From Octopus vulgaris (lineage: Eukaryota), in NCBI GenBank assembly GCA_951406725.2, contig OX597816.1:161820001-161884000 (forward strand): a stretch of DNA of 64,000 nt, in the 5' to 3' direction. The notes beneath the pieces were generated by a model that was given only the letters and a program-made list of their open reading frames with translations, was not told the origin of the DNA and did not search any database. The position numbers and the translations under genes were made by a program. The first letter of the stretch is position 1, and each line of letters begins with the position of its first letter. This document shows positions 27,552 through 43,269 of the stretch, piece by piece.

Positions 27552-27780
27552 TATACCTAGAAGAAATCTACCCCTTCCGATGCATAAAAAAACAGTGAAT
27601 ATTGCATTCACTAGCACTGGCAAGCTATCTCGGCACAGTGTAGTTCCTCGATTATCTCTAGAGGCCTTGCTGTATCGGGAGGGCCACATCTCTATCATCT
27701 TCCCCGCCACTTATTTTTAAAACTTTGTACGCCATGCGTATGTCCCTTCTTTTTCAGTGCATACTCTCTATACTTACTTT

Positions 27781-27892
27781 CTTTCCTTCTTTCGAGGTCG
27801 ATAAGTTAAGTATCAGTGAAACACTGGGGTTGATGTAATTGACCAGTCCCCTCCAATCAAATTTCAGGCCTTGTGTCTATAGTAGAAAGGAT
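27781..27892 (+). mobile_element. SINE family B, 3' part
   Basis: CTTTC..CTTTCGAGGTCGATAAG..AATTTCAGGCCTTGTGTCTATAGTAGAAAGG. Confidence 0.7.
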
Positions 27893-27914
27893 TACTATTA
27901 TTAATATTATCAGT

Positions 27915-28430
27915 ATTGAGTTAGGGAGCAGTGCATGCCATCAAAGTGACCCTAACCCTAAAATATACAAATCTCAGTATATCCATCAGGATTACCCAGC
28001 TATCAAGGGCACGCCAGGCACATAGACCACAACCATATATGTACGACGTGGTGATCTCATATCAAGATAAACAGCACATGACCTTGCAGGTGAGGCTCAG
28101 TTAGAATTTTCTTCAGCTCAAAAGGTCCTTGAATAAGGTTTGTTTATTGATGATAAACGAAACACCCGTGTTTCTAGACGCCAAAAGAATTCCTCATGGC
28201 TATGATGTTCTCCCACTATTCCTGCGCGTGATCAGAGATGCACACATCATCAGCCACGAAAAGACATGCTCAACTGGCTAAGATCAAGCAACTGACAAGC
28301 AAACCTTTGCTACTAAGCAGAATATTTCTTGTAGACCATCTTTATGCCAAGTCAAAACTATGTACGTGATAGCACTTCCAATCAGTTAAGATCAGAAGCC
28401 ATGAGACTCACTGTCTGGTACAGCATCAGG
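27915..28430 (+). mobile_element. Unclassified interspersed repeat flanked by ATT/ATC triplet arrays
   Basis: First about 105 bp match the reverse complement of 37073-37180. Confidence 0.6.
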
Positions 28431-28481
28431 TTACTTTGCTGTTGTTGTTGTTGTCGTCGTCGTCGTCGTCATCATCATCAA

Positions 28482-28526
<45 letters not shown>

Positions 28527-28587
28527 TATTGTTGTTGTTGTTATTGATATTGTTACCATTATTTTTATTATTACAATCATTATTACC

Positions 28588-28621
<34 letters not shown>

Positions 28622-28651
28622 TTATTATTATTGTCATTATTATTATTATTA

Positions 28652-28719
<68 letters not shown>

Positions 28720-28817
28720 CATAATTATTACTTTTTGTCCAATGGTTGACGTAAGATGTTACGTTATCATCTCGACAAATCTCCCCTGCTTAACCCTGTG
28801 CTTTATTATCATCATCA

Positions 28818-28864
<47 letters not shown>

Positions 28865-28924
28865 AATATTTTCATATGCACACAATAGATTAGACTGTTA
28901 GAAAAGAAAAACTCCTAACATTGG

Positions 28925-29580
28925 GCTACAACAAGTAACACCAAGAGCCCTCTTAATTATCCTGGCTGTCCCTAATAACACCGCTTTCTGGAGCTGTACT
29001 AAACTGCGTTTAATGCCTATTTCTTTTATTCATCTGTTCAAATCTTTCGGAATAATTTCCAATGCACCTATAACTACAGGGATACACTCTCCATAGTCTC
29101 AGTAATTCAATGGCTAGGCCCTTGTACTTTGCTATTTTTTTCTATACCTCTCATATTGATTTGTTTCATCATTTGGAACTGTAAAGTCAATCATCGGGTC
29201 CTTTCTATTCTCTTTATTTACTGCTACTACTAAATCAAGTCTTCTAGCTTCTATTACTCTGTCAGTCTGAATGTTAAAGTCCCACAACATCTTATATTTC
29301 TTACTTTCTAGTACTTTACTTGCTTCGTGTTCATACCATTTATCAGTGTGGTCAAATCCTAGCTTTCTACATAACTCCCGGTGGATTGCTGTCCCTAGAT
29401 TGTCATGTCTTTTCTTGTATTCTTTCTGTGCCAGCATGTTACATTCACTTACTATATGAGTAACGCTTTCCTCTTGATTTGCATAACCTACATTGGGAAA
29501 TCTACTTGGTCTTTGTCTATCTTGGCTTTTATCCAATTAGTCCTTAATGCTTGCATTTCCATTCCACATAATACGATTTT
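28925..29580 (-). pseudogene. R4/Dong-type non-LTR retrotransposon C-terminus (zinc knuckle remnant plus restriction-like endonuclease)
   Basis: ESVTHIVSEC..LAQKEYKKRHD..WYEH..LWDFNIQTDRVIEARRLDLVV..MIDFTVP. Confidence 0.85.
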
Positions 29581-29811
29581 AAACCTATCAACATTGATTA
29601 GAAAAAACCGTCAGTCGAAAGAACCAATGAAAAGAAACCAATTTCAAATGTGTGTCTGTCAATGTAAAATGTATTTTATACATATAAACTTTATTTTGTT
29701 CCATTCTCAATCTAAAATATCCGACGAATAGGAACGTGAAACTCTGCGTAGCAGTTTTTTGTGATATTTTTGTGTTCTTTGAAGCTTTCCTCACCACCTT
29801 ATTTAGTAAGA

Positions 29812-29879
<68 letters not shown>

Positions 29880-29886
<7 letters not shown>

Positions 29887-29929
29887 GATAAGCACCAACG
29901 CACGAAACTCCCGCACCCTGAGTCACTAT
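29880..29929 (+). ncRNA. Decayed type I hammerhead (core CTGATAA)
   Basis: ATAGT-CTGATAA-..-GAAA-CTC..GAG-TC-ACTAT; stems I and III pair; G8 and stem II mutated; abuts (TA)n. Confidence 0.5.
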
Positions 29930-30569
29930 TTTGCTTCTGTTAATTATTAATAAAAATAAAATATCTATCTATCTATCTATCTTGTTTTTTGTGTTTCTTT
30001 TTTTTTGTGTTTTTTTCCCTTTTATGATCCCTTTTGATCGAAAACCTACCCCCCTTTTTTTTCTACCCCAAAAGAAAAGCTCTACTTTGTAATCTGTCCC
30101 GTCTGTGTGCAGCCCTGTGTGTCTAATATAGAAACATATCTATCTATAACCAAAAAATGGCTTCGAGGGATATATAATCCTGGTTGTTACCGTGTTGTCT
30201 CTTATAGCGGTTCGCAATGCTGTCTAGTCACAGTGAATGTTGAAACTCAAGTTAGTTAAAATTTACTCTACTCGGTTAATCCTCACTTGGTAAATCGAAA
30301 TGCCCTTATAAGGACTGCATAGTCTCTGTAGAGAAAATAATGCCATTAATAAAGATCAGCAGAAGTTGGATGTGCAAATTTCAGTCCTCTTGATCTTTAT
30401 AAATTTCAATAAGTATCGGAACTGTTGCTATAGTAACGAAGCTAAATCACGCAGAGTAAAGCCGCTTCGCGCAGACTGACCTTGAACTCTACTGTTCATG
30501 CGCACAAAGTCTTAACTTTCTAGCTCACTTCCGCTTGGAAGGAACGTATGTAGTGTGTGGTCGTTACAT

Positions 30570-30790
30570 TGAACACTAATGTGCATCAAAGTTTGCCTAA
30601 ATCTTGGCGATACTTGCTCAGAAGCCTACGCAAGGTTGCAGAAAGTGTATGGAGAAGAGTGTTTGAGCAGAAAAAATTTCAATAGTGACGAACGTTCTGG
30701 GAGACCTGCAATCAACTAAACTGAGAAAAACATCGCAGATGTGTGTGCTGCTGTGGCGGGATATTGTCGAATCCCCGTCTGTGAGTTGAG
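30570..30790 (+). pseudogene. mariner transposase N-terminal HTH fragment
   Basis: MCIKVCLNLGDTCSEAYARLQKVYGEECLSR ... DERSGRPA ... TEKNIADVCAAV. Confidence 0.8.
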
Positions 30791-31206
30791 TTGGAGAAGT
30801 AGGGCGGTGGGGTGGTAGGTGAAGGGAAACGAGTGACGGCTGGGTGAGTGCGGAGAGAGAGAGCAGATGCACGGTCCACGGAACATACTCTGGCAAGGGC
30901 GGTGTGGATAGTGGTGAAGGGATATCAACGTAGGATGAAGTGGCGAGCCATGAGTTGAGACTGAAAGCCTGCGTAGACGGAGGTATTGGGAATAGGGGAT
31001 GGAGAGTTTGGTGTGTTTAGAATAGGAGGAGGAAAAGTTGAGGTAAGCGTGTGAGTCTGTGAGTTTGTAGTGGTGGTGAGAGTTGAGTGATGAATGCTAA
31101 ATACATATATATTATATATAATGTATATATATGTATATATATATATATATACATATATATAATGTATATATATAACAAATTATGTATGCTTATATATATG
31201 CGCGTG

Positions 31207-31248
<42 letters not shown>

Positions 31249-31373
31249 CATGTATATATGTGTAAATACATATATACCTGCACACACACACATATCGTAG
31301 ATATATACCTACACACATTATATATATGTATATATCTATATCTATATATTTATATCTATATCTATATCTATAC

Positions 31374-31404
<31 letters not shown>

Positions 31405-32167
31405 CCTATCTATCTATATACAAAACGTTATGACGCATGAAGAAACAGACATGACATACCTACACTTAACTGCATCTATACGCTTCCTCAACTTTCATTC
31501 TTACACTTATATTTAATTACTCATATACATGTATAAAATGCATGTCGCTGCATATATTGTATCGCCAGGACCACAAAATAAAACCGGTTCACATGAAGGT
31601 AAGAGCGAATCCGCTTCAACATTATGAAGCCGGCATACTGATAGACAGAGACATGCATCCCTTTGCAGGCTTCTACAGACGTTCAGTGATTTTTTTTTAT
31701 GTATATAGATGAATGTAAGTATTTAAAGACCTTCGCATTCATATACACCATTTGCATACATTCATACACTTATATATGTATATGCAATCTATTTGTAGAG
31801 AGACACCTATTCACGTGGCTGCTGACAAAAGCTATCAAATACGCAGATATAGAAATAGGTGTTCATACGCATACGGATTCGTATTCAAGATACTGATGCA
31901 AATGCTCAACAACTCTTGATCAGATTTGAATATGTATATGTATATGTGCATATAAATGTGTGTGTATGTATGTATATACATACATACATACATATATATA
32001 TTTATGGGTGTATATATATATATATATATATATGTGTATATATATATGTATATATATCTATATCTATATATTATATACGTGTATATATATGTATATATAT
32101 AAATATGTATATATGTATGTACATATTATATATATGTATATATATCTACATCTATATCTATCTATCC

Positions 32168-32235
<68 letters not shown>

Positions 32236-32896
32236 CACTGACTATATATATATATATAACTATCTATATATATATATATATGCGGTAGGAACGATTAAGT
32301 ACACACGCATGTTATATATATATCTATCTATATATATATGTATATATACACATGTGTATATATATGTATGTATATATCCAGATCAATATATATATATATA
32401 TGTATATTTATATCTATATATACATATGTATATTTATATGTGTACATATAAATATACATATGTATATATAGATATAAATATACATATATATATATATATA
32501 TATATTTATATATGCACACGTATAAACACTTACATTCGCACACAGACACACACATATATATGGTGAAACAACTCGACACCCACTCAAAACGATGGTTTGA
32601 AAGAATGGCAAGATGGTAAAGCTGAAAACATAAAACGTTATAGGAATTGTATAAAATCGTGTGATAGTGTAGAGACCGGAAATGATATGAGGAGGGTCTG
32701 GAATTACCTTTCTCAATGTCATAGTCGTGTGTCATGCAAGAGATTTATTGAGATCGAACGACGAACGCACAAAGACTCTACAACAATGGTAAGCAGAATT
32801 AAAGATATAAAAACCAAACTGACTAGCAATAACCCTAATGTTCTTCAATCCGTTAATACTTTTCAGAAATCCATTACAGAATCTCTTCGATAAAGT

Positions 32897-33395
<499 letters not shown>

Positions 33396-33809
33396 CTTTT
33401 TGTTTCTGGAAAAAAAATCGCTAAAATTTCCGAAGTGTGTTTAATATGTGTTTTTTCTCTTGCTTTACATCTTAACTTCATATTTTTGATGTACAACAAC
33501 ATAGATATTCCCTTAATGGATTGTTTAAAAAAATTGTTTAAGCTATAGGAATCTTTTTTTCTCTATAGTCAAGTTTGCTGGAGGGAGCAAGGCTTATCTA
33601 GTGAATTCTTTTGTATTGACATACATGAAGCAGACGAATATTAATCATCCTCGATGTCTATCGTATAACGCTTCTTCTGCTTGAGATTAACTTCTCAGAT
33701 TAGTACCCATTAACTAGTTAAATAAATTGAATCAGTATATGGTGGCAGTCCAAGTCGATAGGATTGTCAGACTGTTGACCAAACAAGCAGTTTATATTTG
33801 GCCGTATAT

Positions 33810-34600
33810 GCTGTACCGTATGTACATGACTCTTGACTCTGTGTTGAATTCTGTGGAAATCTTTATGACATTCTGTGAAGCTGTATGTACATTGTTCTTG
33901 GCGATGTGTGTATAGAGATCTTGACATTATATAGAAACCTGCGAACATGGATTATGACAGAATGTGAAATAGTATGTAGATGGATGCTGACTAAGTGTAG
34001 AAATATGCGTAGATATTCCAAAGTGTGGATTTGTGTATACATCGTTCATGACATTTTGTGAAACTGTACATAAGGCTTTTAGAGCAGTACGTATATGGAT
34101 CTTAGTGCTGTGTGGAAATATGTGCGCATGGATCTGAACAAAATATGGTACTGTGTGTCTACATGGTTCATGATATTATGGGGAAACGTGTGGGCCTGTA
34201 TGTGCACGGATCTTATGCTATACAAATGTGTGTATATGGTTCTTGGTCCTTTATAGAACTTTGTGTACAGGGATCTTGGCACCGTGTGGTTATGCATTTT
34301 CTCATTGTGTGGAAATGTGTGCACATCGGTCTTGACAAAATGCGGAACTGTGTATACATCGATTTTACCATTCTGTTGAAACGTCGTCTGTATATAGATA
34401 CTATGTGGAACAGTACGAACAACGAAGTGTAGATAGATTTTGGCAAATACGGACATGCGTGTATATGTATCTGACAAGTGTGTGGAACTGTGTGTCTTCA
34501 TGGATCTTGACACCATTTGGAAAAGTGTGCATACGGATCTTTACTCCACGTTAGAACTGTGCGTACAAGGTTTTGGAGTTATATGGAAGTATGTGTATAC
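33810..34600. repeat. Highly degenerate about 33-bp minisatellite
   Basis: Approximate consensus ATGGATCTTGACACTGTGTGGAAATGTGTGTAC; several units measure exactly 33 bp. Confidence 0.7.
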
Positions 34601-35164
34601 AGCAGAAAAATGGCGTTTTGGGAGAAGGAAATGGTGTGAATACATGCAACAGAGTAAACTTTGCCAAAGGCTTGCAAGAACGAGGTGGTGGTGAATAGGT
34701 AGATTTCGTGTTAGGACCGATAATTTTCGTAAGTATTGCTCACTGCTGTGAGAAATGAGGAACTTTCACCCAATTCTCTAACTGTCAATGATGGCTAACA
34801 GTCTGACTTGATTTAGGTATATAAAAACAAAAAAGGTAGTCTTGACTTAGGTATAGTAAATGTAGAGTAAGACTTGATCTACATATGCTATTTGGTCTGA
34901 ACTTAGATATACAAATAAAGAGAAAGTCTTAAGCTAGATGTTCAGCAAAAGACTTGACTGAGATATAGTGAATGTTGAAGAAGATTACTTAAATATACCA
35001 TATGAAGGGAAAGTCTGCATCAAGATACATACATATCCCATATGAAGAGGAAAACTTGATCTCGTAGCAATGCTAGCTGGTTAAGAAGTGTTGAGATAGA
35101 GGTATTAAATTGACGGCCATTGAATTAGAACTCTTAATGTAATGAACTGAGACAAATACATACA

Positions 35165-35672
35165 CCTTGCAAACTTAACGACTCTGTTTGCTCAACCCGT
35201 CTAAAATCGGCCATGATTCGATGATATAAACTTTGTTTTAATTTGCTTTAAAGTGGAGGCGCGTAGCTTAGTGGTTAGGGTGTCGTAAGATTGTGGTTAG
35301 GGATCGTAAGATTGTGGTTTCGATTCCTGGACCGGGCGACGCGTTGTGTTCTTGAGCGAAACACTTCATTTCACGTTGTTCCAGTTCACTCAGCTGGAAA
35401 AAATAAGTAACGCTGCGATGGACTGGCGTCCCGTCCAGCTGGGGAACACATACGCCATAGAAACCGGGAAACCGGGCCCATGATCCTGGCTAGGCTTTAA
35501 AAAGGCACATTTATTTTAAATTAAAAACTTTCATTAAAATTTCATGTAGTTTATGTTCCAAACACCAGCATAAAAATGACAAAGTCATTTAATTAATTTC
35601 TGCATTATTTTAAAAATTGATTGAATCAAAGTCAGTGTATTTCAACAGAAATATACAGTAAGAAAAGGATTA
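35165..35672. mobile_element. Probable TTAA/piggyBac-type MITE interrupted by a SINE
   Basis: AT-rich body split by the SINE; right end AGAAAAGGATTAA resembles AAAGGGTTAA; left end decayed. Confidence 0.35.
35253..35512 (+). mobile_element. tRNA-derived SINE with V-domain-like central sequence
   Basis: GTGGAGGCGCGTAGCTTAGTGG head, GGTTTCGATTCC B box, GCGATGGACTGGCGTCCCGTCCAG. Confidence 0.75.
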
Positions 35673-36300
35673 AATATTCACGATGCTGGTTGACACCGTA
35701 TGTCAGATGTACGTGAGTAATGTTAACGGATATCGACTGGCAATCCTCACGGTGCTCTGAGACCTGAAACTGGCATGTATTTGATTGAACGATCGAATTA
35801 GTACCAGCAAATGATTGGTTATTTATTTTTATTTTTAGTTTTATATCACATTTTGTGAACAACACTGACGTTGATTGCGAGTTTTCGACAGAGCAATCAC
35901 TGGTTCACTGCACACGACGAGATTTAGTGAGGACTTCGTCTGAAAGCACCAGTTTTTATCGGGTTCATTGCCGACGTCAACATTGGCGAAGCACACACAC
36001 ACACACGACAACCTTCTGTGCAGTTTCTGCCTACCGAATTTCTTTCATTTAGCAAGCTGCCACTATGATGAATGACTTCCCAAACGTACCTCAGAAGGAT
36101 ATCGAACCGAAACTCTCGTGGATCCGTGCAAACATTTTGACTACACAACCATGTCTGAACTCGTAGAGATAAAAGGACAAATTCTATTCCAGAAAGGTTT
36201 GAATTCCGAATGCAGCACTGAAATTTCTTGCATCTATATTTAAAGTACTTGGTCCACTACAATATACTTTGGGCTTACACAATGTTTGCAAATCTTATAA

Positions 36301-36517
36301 TAATCCTTTCTACAATAAGCACAAGGTTTGAAATTGTAAAGGATGGGGCTACTCGATTACATCGACCCCAGAGCACAGCTGGTACTTATTCTATCGAGTC
36401 CGAAAAGATGAAAAGCAAGATTGATCTCGGTGGAATTTGAACTCAGAAAGTAAAGAAGAACAAATGCTGCTATGCATTTCGCCCGGCGTGCTAACAATTC
36501 TGCCAGCCGACCGCCTT
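36301..36517 (-). mobile_element. SINE family B
   Basis: Homology to other family B copies. Confidence 0.8.
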
Positions 36518-37073
<556 letters not shown>

Positions 37074-37341
37074 GTGCCTGGTCTACCCTTATCAGGCGGG
37101 TAATCATGATGGGTATACTGGGCTTCGTATATTTTATCCCAGTGTCACTTTGATGACATGCACTGTCCTCTCACTCAATAATGATGATGATGATGATGAT
37201 GATAATGATAATGATGATGATGATAATGATGATGATGATGATGATGATGATGGCGACCAATTCCTAATTCGTCAGTGCTGAAATAATTGCTGACAGAAGC
37301 AAAACAAAACAGCAACAACAACAACAACAACAACGATAATA

Positions 37342-37405
<64 letters not shown>

Positions 37406-37430
37406 TAATAATAATAATAATAATGATAAT

Positions 37431-37870
37431 ACACACAGATAGTGAAATTAAGGCCAATAGGCCGGATATAGTTGTGAGAGATCATCGAGAGAAAAACGCT
37501 TTCTAATCGATGTATCAATACCAACAGATGACAATGTTTCTCTAAAAGAAATGGCGAAACGTTCAAAATACAAAGACCTGGAAATAGAGGTAACTCGAAT
37601 GTGGAACCTAAAAACAGAAACTATTCCAATCTTAGTAGGCGCATTAGGTATGATAAAAAAAATATTCAAATAAATATATAATAAAATCACCAGGACTAAC
37701 AGGTATGTATAACATAGAGAAAATAGTTCTACAAGGCACCGCACACAACATCCTACGTAAAACACTTTCATTAGAGTAACCATAAGAGCATCACAACAAA
37801 TCACAGCACATACCCAAAGCACACAGAGCTGTGCTCGGTAGTGCAGTGAAAGCACGTGATAAAAATAACT
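37431..37870 (+). pseudogene. R4/Dong-type retrotransposon 3' end (RLE domain) embedded in (TAA)n
   Basis: HTDSEIKANRPDIVVRDH..FLIDVSIPTDDNVSLKEMAKRSKYKDLEIEVTRMWNLKTETIPILVGALG. Confidence 0.85.
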
Positions 37871-37890
37871 GAATAGTAATAATAATAATG

Positions 37891-38110
37891 ATAATCTTTT
37901 CTACTCTAGGCACAAGGCCTGAAATTTAGTGGCAGGGGACAAGTCGATTACATCACCGCCAGTGTTTCACTGGAACTTTATTTATCGATCCCGAAGGGAT
38001 GACAGGCAAAGTCGACCTCGGCAGAATTTGAACTTAGAACGCGAAGACGGACGAAATACCGCTAAGCCTTTCGCCCGGAGTGCTAACGTTTCTGCTAGCT
38101 CATCGTCTTC
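37891..38110 (-). mobile_element. SINE family B
   Basis: Homology to other family B copies. Confidence 0.8.
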
Positions 38111-38145
<35 letters not shown>

Positions 38146-38191
38146 TATAATAATAATAATAAAAATAATAACAACAACAACAATAATAATG

Positions 38192-38226
<35 letters not shown>

Positions 38227-38346
38227 TTTTAATAATAAAGTTTACTTTATTAACTACTAAAGGTTCAGAAAAAAACAAAACAAATATTTGGAACAGTACA
38301 AGACAATACAATGTGGAGCTACATAAAACGAACCGTGTATACATTG

Positions 38347-38408
<62 letters not shown>

Positions 38409-38648
38409 AATAACAGTTATAAATTTATCTTTCTATGCAAAGGAAATGTACAATATCAAATTTAGAAAACCATGATTAAGTTATTGATAATTACAACATA
38501 CATACATACATACATACATACATACATACATACATACATACATACATACATACATACATACATACATGTATGTATGCATGTATGTATGTATGTATATGTG
38601 TATGTATGTATGATATGGTATGGTATAGTATATATGACTGAATGTTTG

Positions 38649-38702
<54 letters not shown>

Positions 38703-38799
38703 CATATATTTGTAATTAACAATAATACACACATATTTAGATATATATGTAAGTATGTATATATATGTGTATGTAAATATGTATATATATGTACATATA

Positions 38800-38857
<58 letters not shown>

Positions 38858-39550
38858 TATATTATGTATGTAGGAATGTATGTATGTATTTGTGAAAACG
38901 ATAGAAGAGGAGCAAAATATATGAAAATGTGAGATATTTGCAAAATATCGATTGAGGTTGTTATTTATTCAATGAAATGGTGATGTGTAATGTAAATGGG
39001 GAAAGTACGATTGTTTGAATATTAATTAATAAAACAAGGAATGAGTAATGAAAGAGAAAGGATGGTGTGTAGAGAGGAAGAGGAAGAGGGGAAGGGGAAG
39101 GAGGAGAGATATAAGGAATAGATCCGGAAGTTAAGAATAAGTCGAGAGTAGAGGAAGAGGGAAAGGGAAAGGAGGAAGGATGTAAGGAAGAGATGTGGAA
39201 GTTTAGAATAAGTCGTAAGTAGAGGAAGAGAAAGAGGGAATTGTGTAGAAGGGGAAAAGAAGAGAGGAAGAGAGAAAGAGAGAGGGTGAAAGGAAAAAGA
39301 GATGAGAGAGGGGGAGTGGGAGAGAGATGGAGTGAGCAGGAGAGAGATGGAGATAAAGTAAAAGAGGCTATCTGAGTCTGAGACCCCGTTCGGTCACGAC
39401 ACAGACCATGGGATTGCACCTAGAAAGTTACTCTCCCCGGACCCTAAGTAAGGCAGGTGTAAAATTTGAATGAAATTGGTTGTGTAGTTCTCAAGTTTTA
39501 GGGAAACACACAGACAGACAGACACACATTCTCAGTTTTATATATATATA

Positions 39551-39692
39551 TCACGTGATCACGTGACCGACCAGACCATCAGATGTTGCTACACATCGCT
39601 GGTCACAATGCGTTTTGCATTGTTTGAGCCTTCGAACGACGCCACCCCGCTGGCTAAGCGAGCAGGCCAACAGAAGAAAGAGTGAGAAAGAG
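39551..39692 (-). mobile_element. 3' tail of a SINE/LINE-like repeat ending in (TCACGTGA)2
   Basis: Begins with a CTTTCTCACTCTT junction similar to family C but has a different tail. Confidence 0.4.
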
Positions 39693-39699
39693 TATATAT

Positions 39700-39823
39700 A
39701 TAAATCCACTCACAAAGCTCGGGGCTATAGTAGAAGACACTTGCCCAAGGTGCCACGCAGTGAGACCGAACCCGGAACCATATGGTTGGTAAGAAAACTA
39801 CTTACAATACATCCACTCCTGCG

Positions 39824-39865
<42 letters not shown>

Positions 39866-40272
39866 CGCAGGAGTGGCTGTGTGGTAAGTAGCTTGCTTAC
39901 CAACCACATTGTTCTGGGTTCAGTCCCACTGCGTGTCACTTTGGGCAAGTGTCTTGTACTATAGCCTCGGGCCGACCAAAGCCTTGTGACTGGATTTGGT
40001 AAACGGAAACTGAAAGAAGCCCGTCGTATATATGTATATATATGTATGTGCATGTGTGTTTGTGAGTCTGTGTTTGTTCCCCTAGCATTGCTTGACAACC
40101 GATGCTGGCGTGTTTATGTCCCCGTCACTTAGCGGTTCGGCAAAAGAGACCGATAGAATAAGTACTGGGCTTACAAAGAATAAGTCCCGGGGTTGAGTTG
40201 CTCGATTGAAGGTGGTGCTCCAGCATGGCCGCAGTCAAATGACTGAAACAAGTAAAAGAGTAAAGATTAAGA
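39700..40272. mobile_element. Head-to-head SINE A pair: partial minus copy 39700-39826 and full plus copy 39863-40272 around (TA)n
   Basis: CCTGCGCC-(TA)n-GGCGCAGG. Confidence 0.85.
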
Positions 40273-40835
40273 GTATATATATATATCTATATACACATAT
40301 ATATAAACACATACACACATATATGTATATATATATATATATGCATGTGTGTGTATATATCTATGTATGTATATATACACATACTTTGTGTATATATATA
40401 CTTTGTCGTTCCGTTAAGGTAAGATCAATAAAGAAGTATTCCATCCAGTGAGAGATAATATCATTTATTGTACACAATATGAAGATACGAATTGCTAATA
40501 GATTCTGGCTTTGGAGACACGGGTCTAAGCCGGTCTTTGTAACACGCTTTGCGTCCCCTGGCAATCTGGAGGCTCTAAGCACATAGTCTATTCTATATGA
40601 AAATCTCGTGTATTCTTATTTGCAAATAGAATAGACCATGTGCTCAGAGCCTGGGATTGTTTGGAGACATAAGGCCTGTTATAAAAGCCTGCCTAAGCCA
40701 GTGTCTTCAAAGGAAGAAATTATTAATAGTTCGCATACATACGTACAGACATACGTACATACGTACATACATGCATGCATTAATACATACATAATACATA
40801 CATACATGCATACATACATATATACATACATACAT

Positions 40836-41083
40836 AAGTAGTTGAATGAATTATCTTAGTATGGATAATTCGGTTAACCGATACCTGGGTAGCAAATTCA
40901 CGTCAGAAAAACACGGTTGAAGCTACATGCCAAGGGCAGATATCACGTGCTTTCGTGTGGAAATTTGTGTGTTTTTTTAATACAAATAAATGAAAGAATG
41001 GAGTTGAACGACGATTTAACAAAATTTTTTTATTCTCTAAATCGTCGTTCAACTCCATTCTTTCATTTATTTGTATTAAAAAA
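40836..41083 (+). mobile_element. Second copy of the 15382 element, lacking the hammerhead and with an inverted 3'-end duplication
   Basis: 40836-40910 matches the start of the 15382 element; 46-bp arms 40973-41018 and 41038-41083. Confidence 0.8.
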
Positions 41084-41656
41084 TATATATATATACATAC
41101 ATATATATATATATATACATGCGCGTGAATATATAACACAGGATACATGAGATCGTACGTTACGAAGCACTGCGCTCCTGAAATTTGTGCCGTAAAGTGA
41201 AATTGCGTAACGCGATGTATATTTTCCATTGACTTCCATATTAAATGGAACTCAATTGCATTATTAGACTATTTCCATATATGTACCTCTGTAGATACTC
41301 ACACGCGTACACACATACATAGACACGTGTGCAAACACATTTACACGAATAGACACCCTCACATGTATATGTATGTATGCACAGCCTTTCTTTCATTATT
41401 TTTTTCATTCTCTTAAAGACGCTGAGAGAATTTTGCTAATAGAATTAGGATTGGAATTAATTACAAGAACAAGAAACGTTTCCTTCTTTTTTTTTTTTGA
41501 ATTTTATTTCAGGATTAACTAAATGTTTTCCACTATCACACACACACATATATATATATATACATATACATATATATATATATATGCATATATATATATA
41601 TGTATATATATATATGCATATATATATATAGGTTTTCTGACGATTCTTTCTTTTAT

Positions 41657-41687
<31 letters not shown>

Positions 41688-41719
41688 GGTATACGTATAT
41701 GTATGTATGTATATATATG

Positions 41720-41777
<58 letters not shown>

Positions 41778-41801
41778 TATACATACATACATATACGTAT
41801 A

Positions 41802-41837
<36 letters not shown>

Positions 41838-42584
41838 CGTGTATATGTATACATACTTTTTCTGAATGTCTCATTCATCAGTATAACTGCATCGTTTTTT
41901 TTTCCCCATTTCTCTAATATAAGTATTTAAAACTCATATATTTGTTAAGGTTTCGTTTTATTAAACGAATTCTATAACGAAATTTTTCTTTTTCCGTAAG
42001 GCAACTTCAATGTCATCAAGATTAAAACTGTAATGTTTAAATAATTTAAAGAGTTTATAAGCAACATTTATCGAATAAAACGGATATTAATATTACCAGT
42101 TACTCTCTGCGCATGCTCCGCATATTGATACAATTTCAATTCTTCTGTTTGGTGTTCCTTATACATAAAAATACTTTGTGGTTTATTGTAGAAAAATTTA
42201 GATACAGTAATGGCTCAAAGTTGAAACTCTACTAATTATTTGTTCACCTAGCTGTAGATTAATTTCTGGGTAAAATAAACATGGCTTCTTTTTATCTGCA
42301 CAATTCGCCATATTGGGGATTAACTGCTGCATGTGATGCTTCTTACTTCTGTCTTCAATGATACCAATGATACTATACAAACTATTTATTGTACAATCCA
42401 GAATATGTGTATATATGTTTACATAGGCGCAGGATGTGTACTTTAGGAGCACGTTTTGTTGGCACAAGATTTCGAGTTCGGTTTCTCTGCGCGGTAACTT
42501 GGGAAAATGATTTCCGCCATAGCCTCGGACCGACCAGTACCTTGTGAATGAATTTGGTTGACTGATCCTGCGTGGAGGCCAGTC

Positions 42585-42673
<89 letters not shown>

Positions 42674-42674
42674 C

Positions 42675-42710
<36 letters not shown>

Positions 42711-42711
42711 C

Positions 42712-42772
<61 letters not shown>

Positions 42773-43269
42773 GCAACAGTCCCTACATATATACCTACAT
42801 ACATACATGAATACATACATGCATACATACATATGTACGTACATACATATATACATACATGCGTACATGCATACATACATACATACATAATACATGCATA
42901 CATACATACATACATACATACATACATACATACATACATACATACATACATACATACATGCATACATACATACATACGTGCATACAAACAAAAGCTCGTA
43001 TAGTTAAATATGTACATTCAAAGCTAAGAAGCACAATTTTTTCTTCTCGGAGTTTTATATTACAAGAAACTCGGACAAGACAAGATCTGACAGAACTGCG
43101 CGTCAACATGGGTAAATGTATAAAAATTATACCCCAAATATTCAGTATATTTGTATAGTCTCGTTTGTACAATTAGATATCTTTCTTTCTACTCCTTTTT
43201 CTCTGATACTCATAAATTACCATGTGTCTGGTTTCGTATATTTGACCCCTGTAACAGTATGCAATAAAG

